A DNA stretch of 63,527 nucleotides, filler included, from Rhabdomonas costata (lineage: Eukaryota), in the NCBI GenBank assembly GCA_019059605.1. It is 31 parts of 31 records of this genome, joined end to end, with 100 filler letters (N's around TTAATTAATTAA, not from the genome) between each part and the next. Parts side by side here need not be neighbours in the genome. Positions count along the whole stretch, not along the records: positions 36,959 to 38,911 come from JAHMHO010007042.1; positions 39,012 to 40,964 come from JAHMHO010007043.1; positions 41,065 to 43,017 come from JAHMHO010007044.1; positions 43,118 to 45,070 come from JAHMHO010007045.1; positions 45,171 to 47,123 come from JAHMHO010007046.1; positions 47,224 to 49,175 come from JAHMHO010007047.1; positions 49,276 to 51,227 come from JAHMHO010007048.1; 24 more parts are not named here. The stretch is one strand, 5' to 3'. This document shows positions 37,352 to 49,932 of this stretch, one piece after another. A model generated the notes under the pieces. It ran no database searches. It was not told the origin of the DNA and was given only the letters and a program-made list of their open reading frames with translations. Made by a program: the position numbers and the translations under genes. Numbering within the stretch: the stretch's first letter is position 1; every line of letters starts with the position of its first letter.

Positions 37352-38180
37352 CCTTGACCCATGTTATAGCCTCCTTGGCCGCCTTCATCCGCGCGAGAGC
37401 CCCTTCCTCGTTCAAGGGCAGCGGCATCGAGACCAGCACAAACTTATTCTCCGCATGACCCTGGGAATTGGCAGGGCGCCGGTGAGGTAAGGTGAAGTGG
37501 TGTGGGGTTGGGCTCTTCCCGTTAACATAAGGACAATCACCCCCCCCCCTAAGTCTGTCCTTGAGTCATTTCACCACCCAGTCTGTGAGCCTTGTAACTT
37601 ACCCCAAGCACCCGGGGAGACCTGCGGGGCAATTGCTGACGCGTTGCAAGGCAGGGGAGCAGGCAGCGGTCCTTGCCGCGGGAGCAAAACATGCTGTGCG
37701 CGAGTCAGTGAGGGGAATCGGGCCCATCTTTCCACGAACCCCAACTCCCAAGGTCCTCTCTCGCTAAATATTATTATATATTATATTATTATCAGGTGCA
37801 ACATTCAGTAGATGATAGTAGATGATAGTAGGTGATGGCATAGCTTCCCACGGAATACCGGTGGGGCAACCCAGGCTCCCTCCCTATCCCAGCTGACCAT
37901 TACAATCCATTAATCCCAGCTGATGCCTCTGCAGAGCTCAACCGTGTGAACGAAATAGGGCTTCGCCTCCCCCCTCCCCCACGCATGCCGTGGCGATGGG
38001 TCGGGGCAGGGCCACCGCAAGCAAAGCCTTGGCCCGGGTTGCGGAGGTGATGGGGGTCGGGCCGCTGCCACTGCGGTACCGACGAATCGCTCCGGTCACC
38101 AGGGAAAACAGCACTTCCCCAACCGTGCACCCTGCGGCAGCGCGAACGGCGTGGATCACCTTCAGCGAGTGGCGCGGAAT
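37352..38180 (-). CDS. Wax ester synthase/diacylglycerol acyltransferase (WS/DGAT, WSD-type) fragment; exons 38180-~37989 and 37460-37352
   Basis: SLKVIHAVRAAAGCTVGEVLFSLVTGAIRRY (cf. SLxxVKxxxxxxGxTVNDVxxxxxxGALRRY) followed by ENKFVLVSMPLPL..GALARMKAAKEAITWVK (cf. GNxFxxxxxxLP...DPLxRL..K). Confidence 0.75.
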
Positions 38181-39373
38181 CTGAGATGAAAGTATTCGGT
38201 AAGCTCCACCCGGAACCTGAGAGACTGATCTGGGACATTCCGATCTGAAGTCTTTTGCCCTATATTCCTGCCGCTGGTCTCCGATGTTGTCTCTGAGTAG
38301 AGGTGCACCAGTTGCCGCCGTAGCTTGGCGCATCAAGATGTGTCGCAAAAGAAAAAAGTTGGATTTGAGCGCTGAAGGGGTAGAATTGCCATTTGCTCCA
38401 ATCCAGCAGCTTATTGGGAACTCGGTAGTGACATAAGGATTAGACCGAGAACCCGAGTTCACCTGGCCAGGTGATAAAAAGTCTCAGTATACGATGGAGC
38501 CCACTGTAGAAAGAAAATTATAAGCACACCACAAAAAAGACGACAACAATCCCCAGCCAATTTTTTCCTTTTGGGTGGGTGTGGAAATCAACTGTGGCAC
38601 CCCCCTCCCAAGAGAGAGATAAATATAGAGATACATCAAACAAATAAACACACTTAGGCGTTCGCACTGTGCGCTGGCTGTTGCCTACTTACTGTAACTG
38701 GTAACTGCTGTCGACTGCATACGCACCCGCTGATGGTCCCAGGTGCAGGACACCTTCGGAACTCATCGTGTCTGATGCAGAGACCTCCCTTCTGCAATAT
38801 CTATCTTCCAGCAACAACACTCTCCTCTCGCGAATCTTCTCGATATTTTTTTGAATCATATGTACGTTTGGCAGGGTCCAATTCACAACGGTTTATCACC
38901 CCCCCCCCCAANNNNNNNNNNNNNNNNNNNNNNNNNNNNNNNNNNNNNNNNNNNNTTAATTAATTAANNNNNNNNNNNNNNNNNNNNNNNNNNNNNNNNN
39001 NNNNNNNNNNNGGTGTTTGGGGTTGTGGTTAAATAAAATACATAACTTATCACCACCACCACCACCATCATGATGATGATGTGATAAGTTATGTATTTTA
39101 TTTAACCGCAAGAAATATCTTAGAAATGCTGGAAGCCCTTTGCAAGGTCCAGAAAAGGCAAAACCAGGCTGCCACATTCACTTCGAGTGGAATTGAGGGA
39201 TTAGTTTTTCAATTGCGTCAGACTGTTTCAGGATTGGGACGGAAGGTGAGTACGAGAATTGCAATGATTTTCGCTATCGTACTCCACCTTATCTGTTAGC
39301 CCATTCCTTCACCGCCTCATTAGCGGTTCGTGTATGTCTCTGTTTTTCTTGTGGCCTGGCCCCTCTCCTTTAG

Positions 39374-39472
39374 GCTTCAGTGTGGATGACCGTGACAAGT
39401 GGGGAAATACTGCGCTTCACCTGGCCTCCCGTTGGGGATGCGTGAAGGCTGTGGAGGCTCTCCTGAAGAAGG
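39374..39472 (+). CDS. Ankyrin-repeat exon
   Basis: VDDRDKWGNTALHLASRWGCVKAVEALLKKG is a canonical ankyrin repeat, bounded by AG/GT. Confidence 0.9.
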
Positions 39473-41098
39473 GTTTGTCCGGACAATGTGATCCTGTCCT
39501 TCGTGAAAGTTTCCCAAACACTGGTTCCATGGTTCCCCTCTTGTCAAATGCAAACATAAATGCTAAATGCTAATGCTAATGCTACTGCAATACGCCGAGC
39601 CACCCAGGAACTGATCACTGGTCATTGTGATTCAGGTAGCTGTTGTACTGTTCAACTTAGTGTAATTGTCAAGTCATGTGAACCTAACCGTGCCAGTATA
39701 TATAGCCCCGGCATTCTCACAAGTGTGCGCTGTCGACGTGATGGTGAGAGCGAATACTTGTAACCACTAACGCCCACTGCGTCGTTGCAGTCACCCTGTT
39801 GCCTAAGTAAAGGTTGAAAATATGTCTGTGCTGTGCGCCGGACTTTGAAACCTGAACATTGTGACGATGTACTGTTGAGAAAATAGACCTGGAAAACGTG
39901 GAATCGGTTCATTGGAGGGATTCCCTCTGCCTATGGCAAGCAACTGTCCCGGGGGGAAGGTTTTGATTCTCCCGCTCCAACTGCTGTGGAACAGATGCAA
40001 ACCCATTGCTGATGAACCACATGCGAATGACCCCGTTGCAGTGTGCCAAGGAAAGGGGCTTTGAGAAGCTGGTGGCCGAAACGCTTGCATGGTGCGTTCT
40101 TTTTTTACACAGCCGTTTTGTTGCCCATGGTTCAGCGGAGTGTAGATCGCGGAAAGCTTGTGGCCTGCGGTCTGCAGACTGAACTGTCCTCCCAGAGAAT
40201 TCAATCTCCCCCATTTCATTCTTCATTTCCTTCATCCTATGCCGTATCTTGATTTCAGCTCATGGACTGCTTGCCGACATTGTACTTAAGAAATATAGGA
40301 CTGATTGTCTTTTCGAACCGAGATGCAACCTGCCTGTTTTTTTTTGCAAGCTCTGGGTTCGGAGCCAGCGTTTGAGAAGCACGCCAGTGGAAGAAGTTAT
40401 TCACTATCGCCAAATTTTGCTACGGCTGCTGTTTTGGACATTATCATAACTCCATTAATGAAATGCATTAAAATTTTGGGGGTGTAAAAGGTGATGCCGT
40501 TTTTCATTTTAGCGCTCGCATTTTTGGGGATTTGTAGGTTGAATTTCCCGCTTTGAGTGCTCAAAGTCAATGTCTCCGTCAAACATACTTACGGGGTCAT
40601 TCCGCGATGCAAACAGGAGGTACCGAAAGGGTTCTGACCGGTTCTGCACTCTCACAGACCAAAACCCAAGGCAAAGCCGAAGCCGCAGCAGCAGCAGCAG
40701 CAGAAGGGTTACATCGCTGAAAGTCGAGAAGACTCTCTGTCGACTCCGCCAACACGCCCCTCAAGTTCGGTCTCGGCGACTCCTCGTTCAGCAGGCGACC
40801 CGCTTTCATCGAGCGTGGGTGCTCCCGAGCCACTCGAGGAGTCAACTGCTGAGCCGTCGCCTGCAAAATCACTCAGAAGCAGCAGCAGCAGTGGCAGCAG
40901 CAACAGTGACAAAGATCCTGACATAAACGCTCAGCCCGCAATAGATGAAGGGACCAAAACAAACNNNNNNNNNNNNNNNNNNNNNNNNNNNNNNNNNNNN
41001 NNNNNNNNTTAATTAATTAANNNNNNNNNNNNNNNNNNNNNNNNNNNNNNNNNNNNNNNNNNNNGTGTTGGGTGTGGTTGGTTTGTGGGGTGACTGAC

Positions 41099-41191
41099 CT
41101 CGGAAACATAGTACTCCGCCTGCACCCACGGCTGCTCCGTCAGTAGCACCGCAAATTGCGGGGTAACCTCCTGGAGCCCAATGATATCCGC
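41099..41191 (-). CDS. Endonuclease/exonuclease/phosphatase (EEP) domain exon
   Basis: ADIIGLQEVT is the EEP metal-binding motif; pyrimidine-rich CAG acceptor and GTCAGT donor. Confidence 0.75.
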
Positions 41192-44129
41192 CTGAGAGAG
41201 GAAAGGAAAGCGTCCCCCCAAACCAGCAGAAGAATCAATCGAAGCATTTTCCATTCACCGCCCCCATCATCCAACAACAATAGATGGCCATGTGTGTGTG
41301 TGTGTGTGTGCGGCGTGTGAGGGGCAGGGGAAGAAACACCGCATGGATCGCGCAACCGCTTGGCTGCATCCCTCCCGTCCTCCTGCCGCTTGCGCTTCTT
41401 CCAAGGTCCGGCGCTTCGAGTCTTCTCTGCTGCATTTCGAGGGTTTGTCTGGGATGACACTTATGTTTTGCAACCTCCCGTTGCATTGCTCTGCCGTTTC
41501 TTTCCCGCTTTATCGATACAGTTTTTCTTCAACACGCTCACGCGGAGGACAAGACAGCCCCCCCCCCTACACACACGTTGGGCTTGAGCTGGAAGGCGGA
41601 AACACACCCGAGGGGTCAGCGCGGTGATCCTCATCCGCATGAGCATTCAGGAGGTGCTGGAGCTCAGACACTGAACAAAAGCAGACCGCCTTGTATCCTT
41701 CCGATCTGCCACTCGCAGCAAAAGTTGTTTGGTTTTTAAAAGCATTTTGCTCACCATTAGGGTTCCAATGTGTGGGGATATACCAAAGGAAAGGGGGAAA
41801 CCAGGCCGGATGGAGGGACGGAGCCCTCCATCCTCCCACCACTCAACAACCAAACGTTTTTCTACAGTAAATAAGCAACCCCCCACCCTCCACTGCCACG
41901 TTCCGCATCCTTGCTGTTTACTTATCCCAATTCCACAATACAATCTAAGTCTTTGTCGCGGAAGGTAAGAAACACTGATGCAGTGGCGCGGAGGTCGGGG
42001 CAATATATTTGTTTATGTAGCACACAGGATCCATTCCATTCCACTCCAGCTCGCAGAGGCTGTGTGCAGCCAAGGGTGAGGGAGTGGCGTTTTCTACTCG
42101 TCCCCGTCTGCTTTCTGGAATCCCCAGACGGTGCTTCCCCAGACTGCTTCCCCAAACAGTGCAAGTGTACCTGCCAGGGCACGGGCACCCACGGCGCCTG
42201 GCTGGGACCGCATCACGGCATTCAGCAGCAGCAGGAGGCACTGGCAACGCCTCCGCAGCTGAGCTTCCTCAGAGAGAGGGATCACAGGGATATCGGACAT
42301 CCGCTTTCAAGAACACGGAACGTCCTCTCCCCCGAACCAAAATCGAGTCCTGCAAGAATGAATGAGACGGCGGTGTCGTCGTTGGATTTTATCACTTTAT
42401 ACTGTCGCATTCTGTCGCCCTAGGCATGATCACAATCGCCAAAGAAAAAAACCCTGGTTCATTCAAGAACGCAAGAGGCTGGGCAGCACTCTCCCCGAGT
42501 TGGCTTTTCGCTCCATTATCCACCTCGAAAGTGGTTTTCATTCATTTGTTGCGAGTATTAAAAGGGACTTGAGGAAAATAGTCAGCTTCAGCTGTCCACC
42601 ACGAGGTACAGCACGAGTGCTATCCAAATGATACAAAAACAAGTGAGGAACAGAATGAAACGGCCGTGTTGACGAACACCGGCCGCAAAAACACACAAAC
42701 ACTCGAAGGCCGCAAACTTAACTACTTTGAACGCTCATAAGAAAAATGAAACCCCCTTTTTCAGTTGCGAAAAGTCTGAGCGCGAGAGTGCTGCATGATG
42801 GTGACGAACGGGCCAGTAAAATACAGTTCTAAAGGTAAATGAAAAACAAATGGCGCTGTACAGATCCGATTCATCACAGCGCAGTGGCAGCCTGAATGAC
42901 TCACATCGACGGCCGAAGGGAGGACTTCCCCTGAAAACCAACAAGCACAAGGGGCACATGTCAGGCTTCAAAAAAAGAAAGAAAAACGCTCACATTGTGT
43001 GACGAGCAGTACATGCANNNNNNNNNNNNNNNNNNNNNNNNNNNNNNNNNNNNNNNNNNNNTTAATTAATTAANNNNNNNNNNNNNNNNNNNNNNNNNNN
43101 NNNNNNNNNNNNNNNNNGGTTGTGTGTTGAGCAGGTGTTGTTGGTGTGCTTTGGGGTGTTGGTACCTTGGTGTCTTTGGCTACGTTGGTTTTGAGAGTTT
43201 GGGGCTGGGTGTTGGCGGGACTTAGAGTTGTGGTGTGACTTCTGGTGCGGTTGGTGCTTCTTGGATGTTGGGCGGTGTTTGATTGTATCGAGGGGTCGTG
43301 GTTACATGGGCATGGTTTGGTTCCGGTAGTTGGGGTTTTGGTTACTTGCGTTGCTGCTTTCACCACGTCACCAGGCTCATCTTGCCACTGGTCACCATCG
43401 GTCTGATCATCATTGGGCTACGTCACTTTCGGTGGTTGGCTGTGACTTGGAGGGTGAGCCGGCATCGACATTGGCAGTGGAGTGCTGCTGTGGTTCCAGC
43501 GCTTACCCCGGGTGGAGGTTGGGGTTGCAGAAGCCACATGACCCGTAGCTCCATGGGCTGCCCCACCCACTGGTGGCAATGGTTGTACCGTTGTGACAAC
43601 TGTTATGCTCCGGTTGCCAGAGTGAGTGGTGGTGGTGTGCAGTAGTCCTACGGGTATAGTGTATTACTGTACTAGTATTATTATCCATATTTCCGCCACC
43701 GGCAGCTGGCACCTCAGCACATACAGCGGGTTAGGTTGTGGTGTGGGTATGGCACATCTGCATTCAGTGGGTTCGAATGCTTGCCCGGCAGTGGTCATGT
43801 CTCACACTCGGTGTTGTTGGCGCAGTGTGTCTCACCCTAACGTCACGCTAGGGTACCGAAGTCACCGCTTGGTCCACACACCCTATGCTGGTTATGTCAC
43901 GGTACACCCTTCGTGTATGTCGGCTATTACCAAGGTGGTCAGGGTGCACGACTTCCCCTCCCACGACACCGCTGATACAGTTACCAGTGATGCCTGCTGT
44001 GTGATGTGTCGACCTAAATGTTGTTGCGTGCACATGTGGTGGCGTTCCAAAGTTCCGGAGGCTCACCGCCGGAGAGAAAGACCATCGTGTTGACCCGGAG
44101 CCGGACGGTAACGCCACAGCGCAGAGGTG

Positions 44130-44490
44130 GTATATGACGTCTCCAGAGGAAGATGAGGTATGGAACCAGTTGAAAAGCTTGCAAGAGCTATATCTCCATA
44201 TGGAGAAGAAGTGTTAATTGTGCCGAAGGCGAACGACAAGTTGGGGTTGTGTGTGGACTACCGTCTGTTGAATGCAATACTCGTATCCTCTTCCGAGAAA
44301 TGACGAGATGATCGATCACCCGGGGAAAGCGAGCTAGTTTTCGAAGCCAGGCTTTCGCGGTTTCATCATAGCGGGATTCGCCCAGAGCATGCCAAGAAGA
44401 CGGCGTTCAAGACAAAGGTATTGGCAGCTTCAGTTGACTGTGATGCTGTTCGGGCTGTGCAGTGCTCGAGCCACGTTTGAGATGGCCATG
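44130..44490 (+). mobile_element. Degenerate Ty3/gypsy LTR-retrotransposon reverse transcriptase fragment
   Basis: SPY..VLIVPKANDKLGLCVDYRLLNAI / YPLPRNDEMID..GKAS*FSK / KKTAF / TVMLFGLCSARATFE across frameshifts and a stop. Confidence 0.85.
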
Positions 44491-47223
44491 GTCTTTCTTT
44501 TGAACACTTCCGCTCACAGTGTCGTCATCGACATCATCCTCCTAACTCATGAAGGCTGGCCTTTGGTTGCCATTCAGCTCACCTCTACACAATCGGGGTC
44601 GTTGCCTGTGTTCATCCATGTCCTTCCCTCATTGCGCGTTAGGCAGCCTTCATACTCAGATTGTCGCAATCGGATTACTGCTTGCTGAACAACACACCCC
44701 AACATACAGGGTGGAAATAGCACCATTGACACGAACACCATACACGCCAACCCCCAGAAGCAACACCACCACCAGCACAAGAACGTTCAACCCCAGCCGC
44801 AGACACACCAACTGTACCAGACCCATGAGCCTCAAGCATACCAACCCCAGCACCGCAAACGCAGCAAACGCATGAATCAACAGCAACCATAGGACACGTA
44901 ACACCAGACACACCAACGCTATACACACAACCACTAGAACCCGCAGCAACCCCACCCGGCAAATTCAACCCAGCACCACAAATCGGCACCATAACCCACC
45001 GCAGAAATCGCACCCATTCGAGGTTGCAGCGAGAAGGCAAGAAGGATTTCCAACTCACGAAAACCACAACNNNNNNNNNNNNNNNNNNNNNNNNNNNNNN
45101 NNNNNNNNNNNNNNTTAATTAATTAANNNNNNNNNNNNNNNNNNNNNNNNNNNNNNNNNNNNNNNNNNNNGTTTTTGTGCCTCAGTTCACCCTGGACCCT
45201 GGGAGCCAAGCTACTGAGATGTTGTCATTTTGTTAACGACTTGCACTTGTGGTACCTTTTCATTCAAGGGTTGGAGACAGACATGCATGCTGAGCTGATG
45301 ACGAAAACGCTTTTGATTTTGCAGGAAAACGTTGACGCAGCCTGTGAGTTCCACATGAAACCAAGGGCGCTACCCAATGTCATTATTGTCGCGCCGACAG
45401 AAGAGAAAGCGACAGCGAAACCTACAGGAATTGAGATGGATTTCATTAGATACGGCAACTCTCCGTTTGAAGTGGCACAGTACTCTGACAAACCACCATC
45501 TCAAATTCAATCACACGGTTCAGAGAGTGCATGTGTGGTCAGTGCAAGCTCGAGTTGTCTGAGTGGGATGTCGGTTGACGTGGGTTGGGACGCAATGACT
45601 TCAGGAACATTGCTGAGGGCGATGGCGTAGCCTCCCAGAGGATTACTGTTTGTGAAACGTCTCGAGGCGCAAGCCAAAGCAGTTAGGACCACGTCACATA
45701 GGCCCCATATCCAACTACCAGAGTGTACCCCAGGTGTGGAAGCTTTTTGAGCATAGTAAGTGGAGGATTCACAAGAACCATTTCACCGGTTAGAGGCAGA
45801 CTGGCAGATGTCTAACTTGCCCAGATCACAGGCGACAACAAATACCATCAGGTTGGAAAATAAAACCACGTTTGCACAATCACCGTTGGACAAAGCGGTG
45901 GAGCTGGAAGCGCTGAAGTGTTTTTATTGCTTGCCAACAGAACATTTCATGAAGGATTGCCACGAAATTATGTCTATAGCGGAACACTCCGCACCAACAA
46001 CACGTTAATGGAGCACAAAGTTTCATGACTGTCACTGTCGAGAATTAAAACCCAAAATGAAGAGGGTTGGTAGGGGCCAACTCCAACACGCAACATTGAG
46101 CCCAAAAGTATTGACCGAGAATTTGTTACCGAGCGTGTTAAATTTGAGTGTGTGTTTTAAGTCGATCAAGAAGAAAAGTGTGGGGGCAATATGGTCTTGC
46201 CGTGGTTTTTGGATTAAGATGTAGGCCAGAGATACAAGGGGGAATGTGGTGTGGTGAGCAAGTCTGTTGTATAAGAAAGGAAAGTAGGCGACCATGGAAG
46301 GAGATCTGAGCAGTAAAAACACCATTCCAGTGCAGACCATGCGAGGAGCGAGTCAGCCAACACTTGGTTGGTAGAGGGCACGCTCGGAATTTAATCAGGC
46401 GCAAGCGCTAAGTGTCAAGGTGTAAACCAAGAGCAGATCCAAGACTTGAAAACAGCATCAGTGCAGGCATTGTGTTTAGCAGGCAGTTTACTGCTGTTTG
46501 ACTCGAAAGCAAGTTCATAAAAACTGGGGGGTTTTGTACTGAAGTTGATTGAGCCGCTGGTGCCGCACGTTTTATTCACTCGTTCCGAGAAGACTGTGGT
46601 GAACGTGGCGGTCGACATTCCGAGTTGCACGAAGGACGAAGAGGGGGCACCGAGAACTCTGAAAGTGTCTTTCAATACAAACCTTCTGGAGGTGCAGCCT
46701 ACCCTAGTCAATGTTTTTAACGAGTTGAGGAATCTCGCAATCAGGTCGAAGGTGCAGCAAAACGGGTGCAGTCGAACGGCCACGTTGGGCGAGACGAAAT
46801 CCTTTGAGCGGGAGAGTCGTAGAGGAGACACCTCTTTGTGCCATCAGGCCTACGGATTTGTACGCTATTGCCTCAGTAGTACTAGCCAAGGAGTCAGTAG
46901 AGCTTGAGAATGCAAGAACATTCAGTTCTTCCGCAGCAAGTGGTGCGCAGTTCAAGACCGAATGAGCACGCGATTGCAGAAGAGTACTTTGAGGTTTCAC
47001 CTGTGGTTTGGAAAGAGCCTATAGAAATCTGTTCCGGACGAATGGGGCTCCTTGTTGATGTTTGATACCTAGAGTGAAAGAGAGTGTAGTGCATCAAACA
47101 CCCAACTAAACTCACCCAACACANNNNNNNNNNNNNNNNNNNNNNNNNNNNNNNNNNNNNNNNNNNNTTAATTAATTAANNNNNNNNNNNNNNNNNNNNN
47201 NNNNNNNNNNNNNNNNNNNNNNN

Positions 47224-48952
47224 TGTGTGGTGCGACGGGTCAGCGGAGGCGGGCTGTCGCCGGACAGGGGCGAGGGCGAGCGCCGCAGAATGGTGCTGCT
47301 GGTGTTGTGGGGCAGCAGCCGCGGCGCCGTCAAGGGAGGCCCGAACAGCGCCCCGTGCAGCACACTCAGGGCGTTGCTCTGCACCCCCAGGTCCTCTGAG
47401 AATAAAAGCGAAGGGAGAAGGCACGCGCGGCTGTCCCACGTTCATGTCAGAGTTGCGTGGTAAAGGGACCCACGATCCGGCCGCGGAGAGGTGAACTTCC
47501 GCGGTGTGGTTGTCGTGATGCCCGGGGCTGTGTGTGACATCGGAAAAATCCGCAAACGTGGCGTGCTCTCGGCTTTGCACTGCACTCACGGCAGTCATCC
47601 CCACCCAGCAAAACAGCCACAAATTGCACATCACGCCAATCTTTAAATATTTCTTCGGAGGTTCACTCTGCACATGAAGTAGCGTCAAAGTCTACATAAG
47701 AGAAGAAACAAGAAGGGGGAGAGGGGCCATGGAATGTTCGGCTCTGTGTGTGTATCCAGCACGCACCGTCCTGAAGACCCTTCATGATGAGGTCGAGATG
47801 GCGGGCTGCGCCAATACCCAGGACTTTCAGCATAGCCTGTTGTGGTTGTGAGGGGGGGGAGAACAGCACGGAAAACCCAAATAAAAATGAGGGGTGGATC
47901 GACCACCACACCCATGACTGCTTCAGATGAAGCCCACCGAAAGCATTCCGAGGGGCTCCTGCACACACGAAAGGGATTCGGTACGGATGGGAGGAGGGAG
48001 GAGGCACTCCACCATGGCGGACCGGCGAACAGCACGGTCAGAGTCACCCAGTGCGGGCAGAATCGCCGGGATGTGCGCCGCGGGTGTTTGCGAAGAGGCC
48101 AACACCTGCAGAGAACAAACATTACAACACAAACAGCAGACAGGTTGGCACATAAACACAGAGGGAAGCCCCAGGCAGCAAGTCCTTGGGCAAAAGGGTG
48201 CCGCCCAAAAGGCTGCGAACCTATAGTGAGGACAAAGGGTGCTGGGGCAGACGAGGAGGAGGATGAGCGAGGGGTGTCGTTCGGAGGGTGGGTGAGTCGG
48301 TTAGAAGTCAAGACGGCGCATCAGGGTGAGGTTTTGGTGGGGTGATGTGGGTTGCGTTTTCTATTCGACTGGGTGTTTCGGCTGCAATCTACGTGTGTAC
48401 GTGTGTCTTGCGGGTTATATATGGTTGTCACTCCACCACCCCTCGCCAAACCGCCGTGAGGAAACATGTCCCAGAGCAAAAAGGACTCTCCACCGATTGT
48501 TTGCTCTGACTCACTACGCTGCACAGTCTCTGGGAGAGCATGTCACTGACGTGACCAAATCCATACTCTTCCTGGAATCTGTTGGACCGCTCAAGAGTTT
48601 GAGAGAAAGTTTGCGGGCGTTTTGTGTCCACCCTGGGAGCGAATTTATTCCCGAAGAAAACCCAGAGGATACTTCTGTTCGATGGATCCTCACTTTCGGC
48701 TGGAGGCAGGGAAGCTGGAGGCAGATAGGGGTGAGAGGGGGCCGCACAGACCTCCACGGCGTCCAAGCGGACAGCGGTCTCGATGTCATCGACCCGGGCC
48801 TCGATCACCGCAGCGTGCTCCACGATGGCTGCGGGGAAGTTCTTCAGGACGTGCAGAGCGGCTCGGGCAAACTCCAAGTCGTGAGTCTTCCCCAGCAGCC
48901 CCACTACCGCAGGCAGGCTGGGCTGCGCGGCGGACCCGAACTTCACCAGCGC
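47224..48952 (-). CDS. HEAT/ARM-repeat protein fragment (exons about 48952-48752, 48105-48013, 47836-47767, 47394-47224)
   Basis: Spliced repeats ..VDDIETAVRLDAVEVL.., ..LGDSDRAVRRSAMAML.., ..LQDEDLGVQSNALSVL.. fit the HEAT consensus LxDxxxxVRxxA; phases consistent. Confidence 0.75.
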
Positions 48953-49687
48953 CTTTTTGGGAGGGGGAGGGGCACGCCCTCGAGGGCACATGGGCTCAGG
49001 GAGGAAGAACGGCAGGGTTCAATGGAGAAGGAGAAACAGGTAAGGAAAAAGGGCCATTCACTCGGAGTGAGCCGAGGCAGCGGGAAGCGTTGGAACCACC
49101 TATTCATCGTTTTTGCATTCCGGTTTTCAAATGGAACATCCCTCCAAACTGCAGTCCACACAGTTCACACACCCANNNNNNNNNNNNNNNNNNNNNNNNN
49201 NNNNNNNNNNNNNNNNNNNTTAATTAATTAANNNNNNNNNNNNNNNNNNNNNNNNNNNNNNNNNNNNNNNNNNNNAGCGATCACAGTGGAAACCCCGATA
49301 AATCGATAGCCAGTCGACGCAGTCAGTTTGATGGAAGGAACGTTTGTTGGTGAACGGTGAACGGAGTCTCTGCTGAGGACTGCGCGAGTCGGTTGGCCTC
49401 CACGTGGTTTCATTCGAACATTTGCACTACTCCCAGGGGTATGGATCGGGAAACAGCAGGATCCGTACCGCGGTTCGAGACAAAAGAAGAAGAGCAACGC
49501 GGTGTTTAACCTTGAGAACATGCTGGCACGTTAGTCGCCTTTCAAAGGAGCGCGCCCTGCACTCACAAACCATTGTCCAGAGTCAGCCACTGCCAAACAA
49601 GGATGAGGGTCCACGTCCACCCAACTCCGAATTCAAAATATCACAGCGAGCTCACATGCTCGATGCGCCGAAGGAAGGCGGGCTCAC

Positions 49688-49932
49688 CTCCATCCTGCGC
49701 TGGGCATAGCCCCGAGCCTGAGGGGCAGGCAGGCCCAGCCGGGTGGGCACGGCACCACCTGGACAGTCCCGGAAGCTGTGCAAGACGTCCGGCCCCAGGT
49801 GCGCCGCCAGAAGCCACACGTACTCTACCGCGACGGGCTCGCAGTGCGGCAGAGCCGCCAGCACGGCACCCAATCGGTGATCCAGGTCCACCACCCCAGC
49901 CCATGTCGCACCCGGGCGCGACGATTGCCCGC
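49688..49932 (-). CDS. Exon of a hypothetical protein
   Basis: GC-rich open segment between a CAG acceptor and a GTGAGC donor (..VEYVWLLAAHLGPDVLHSF..). Confidence 0.35.

Noticed and set aside
45628..46520. Stop-codon reassignment suggested by in-frame TAG/TAA/TGA
   Set aside because: All three stop types plus frameshifts occur, and conserved genes (HSP70, pol delta, kinesin) have no in-frame stops; decay is the simpler explanation
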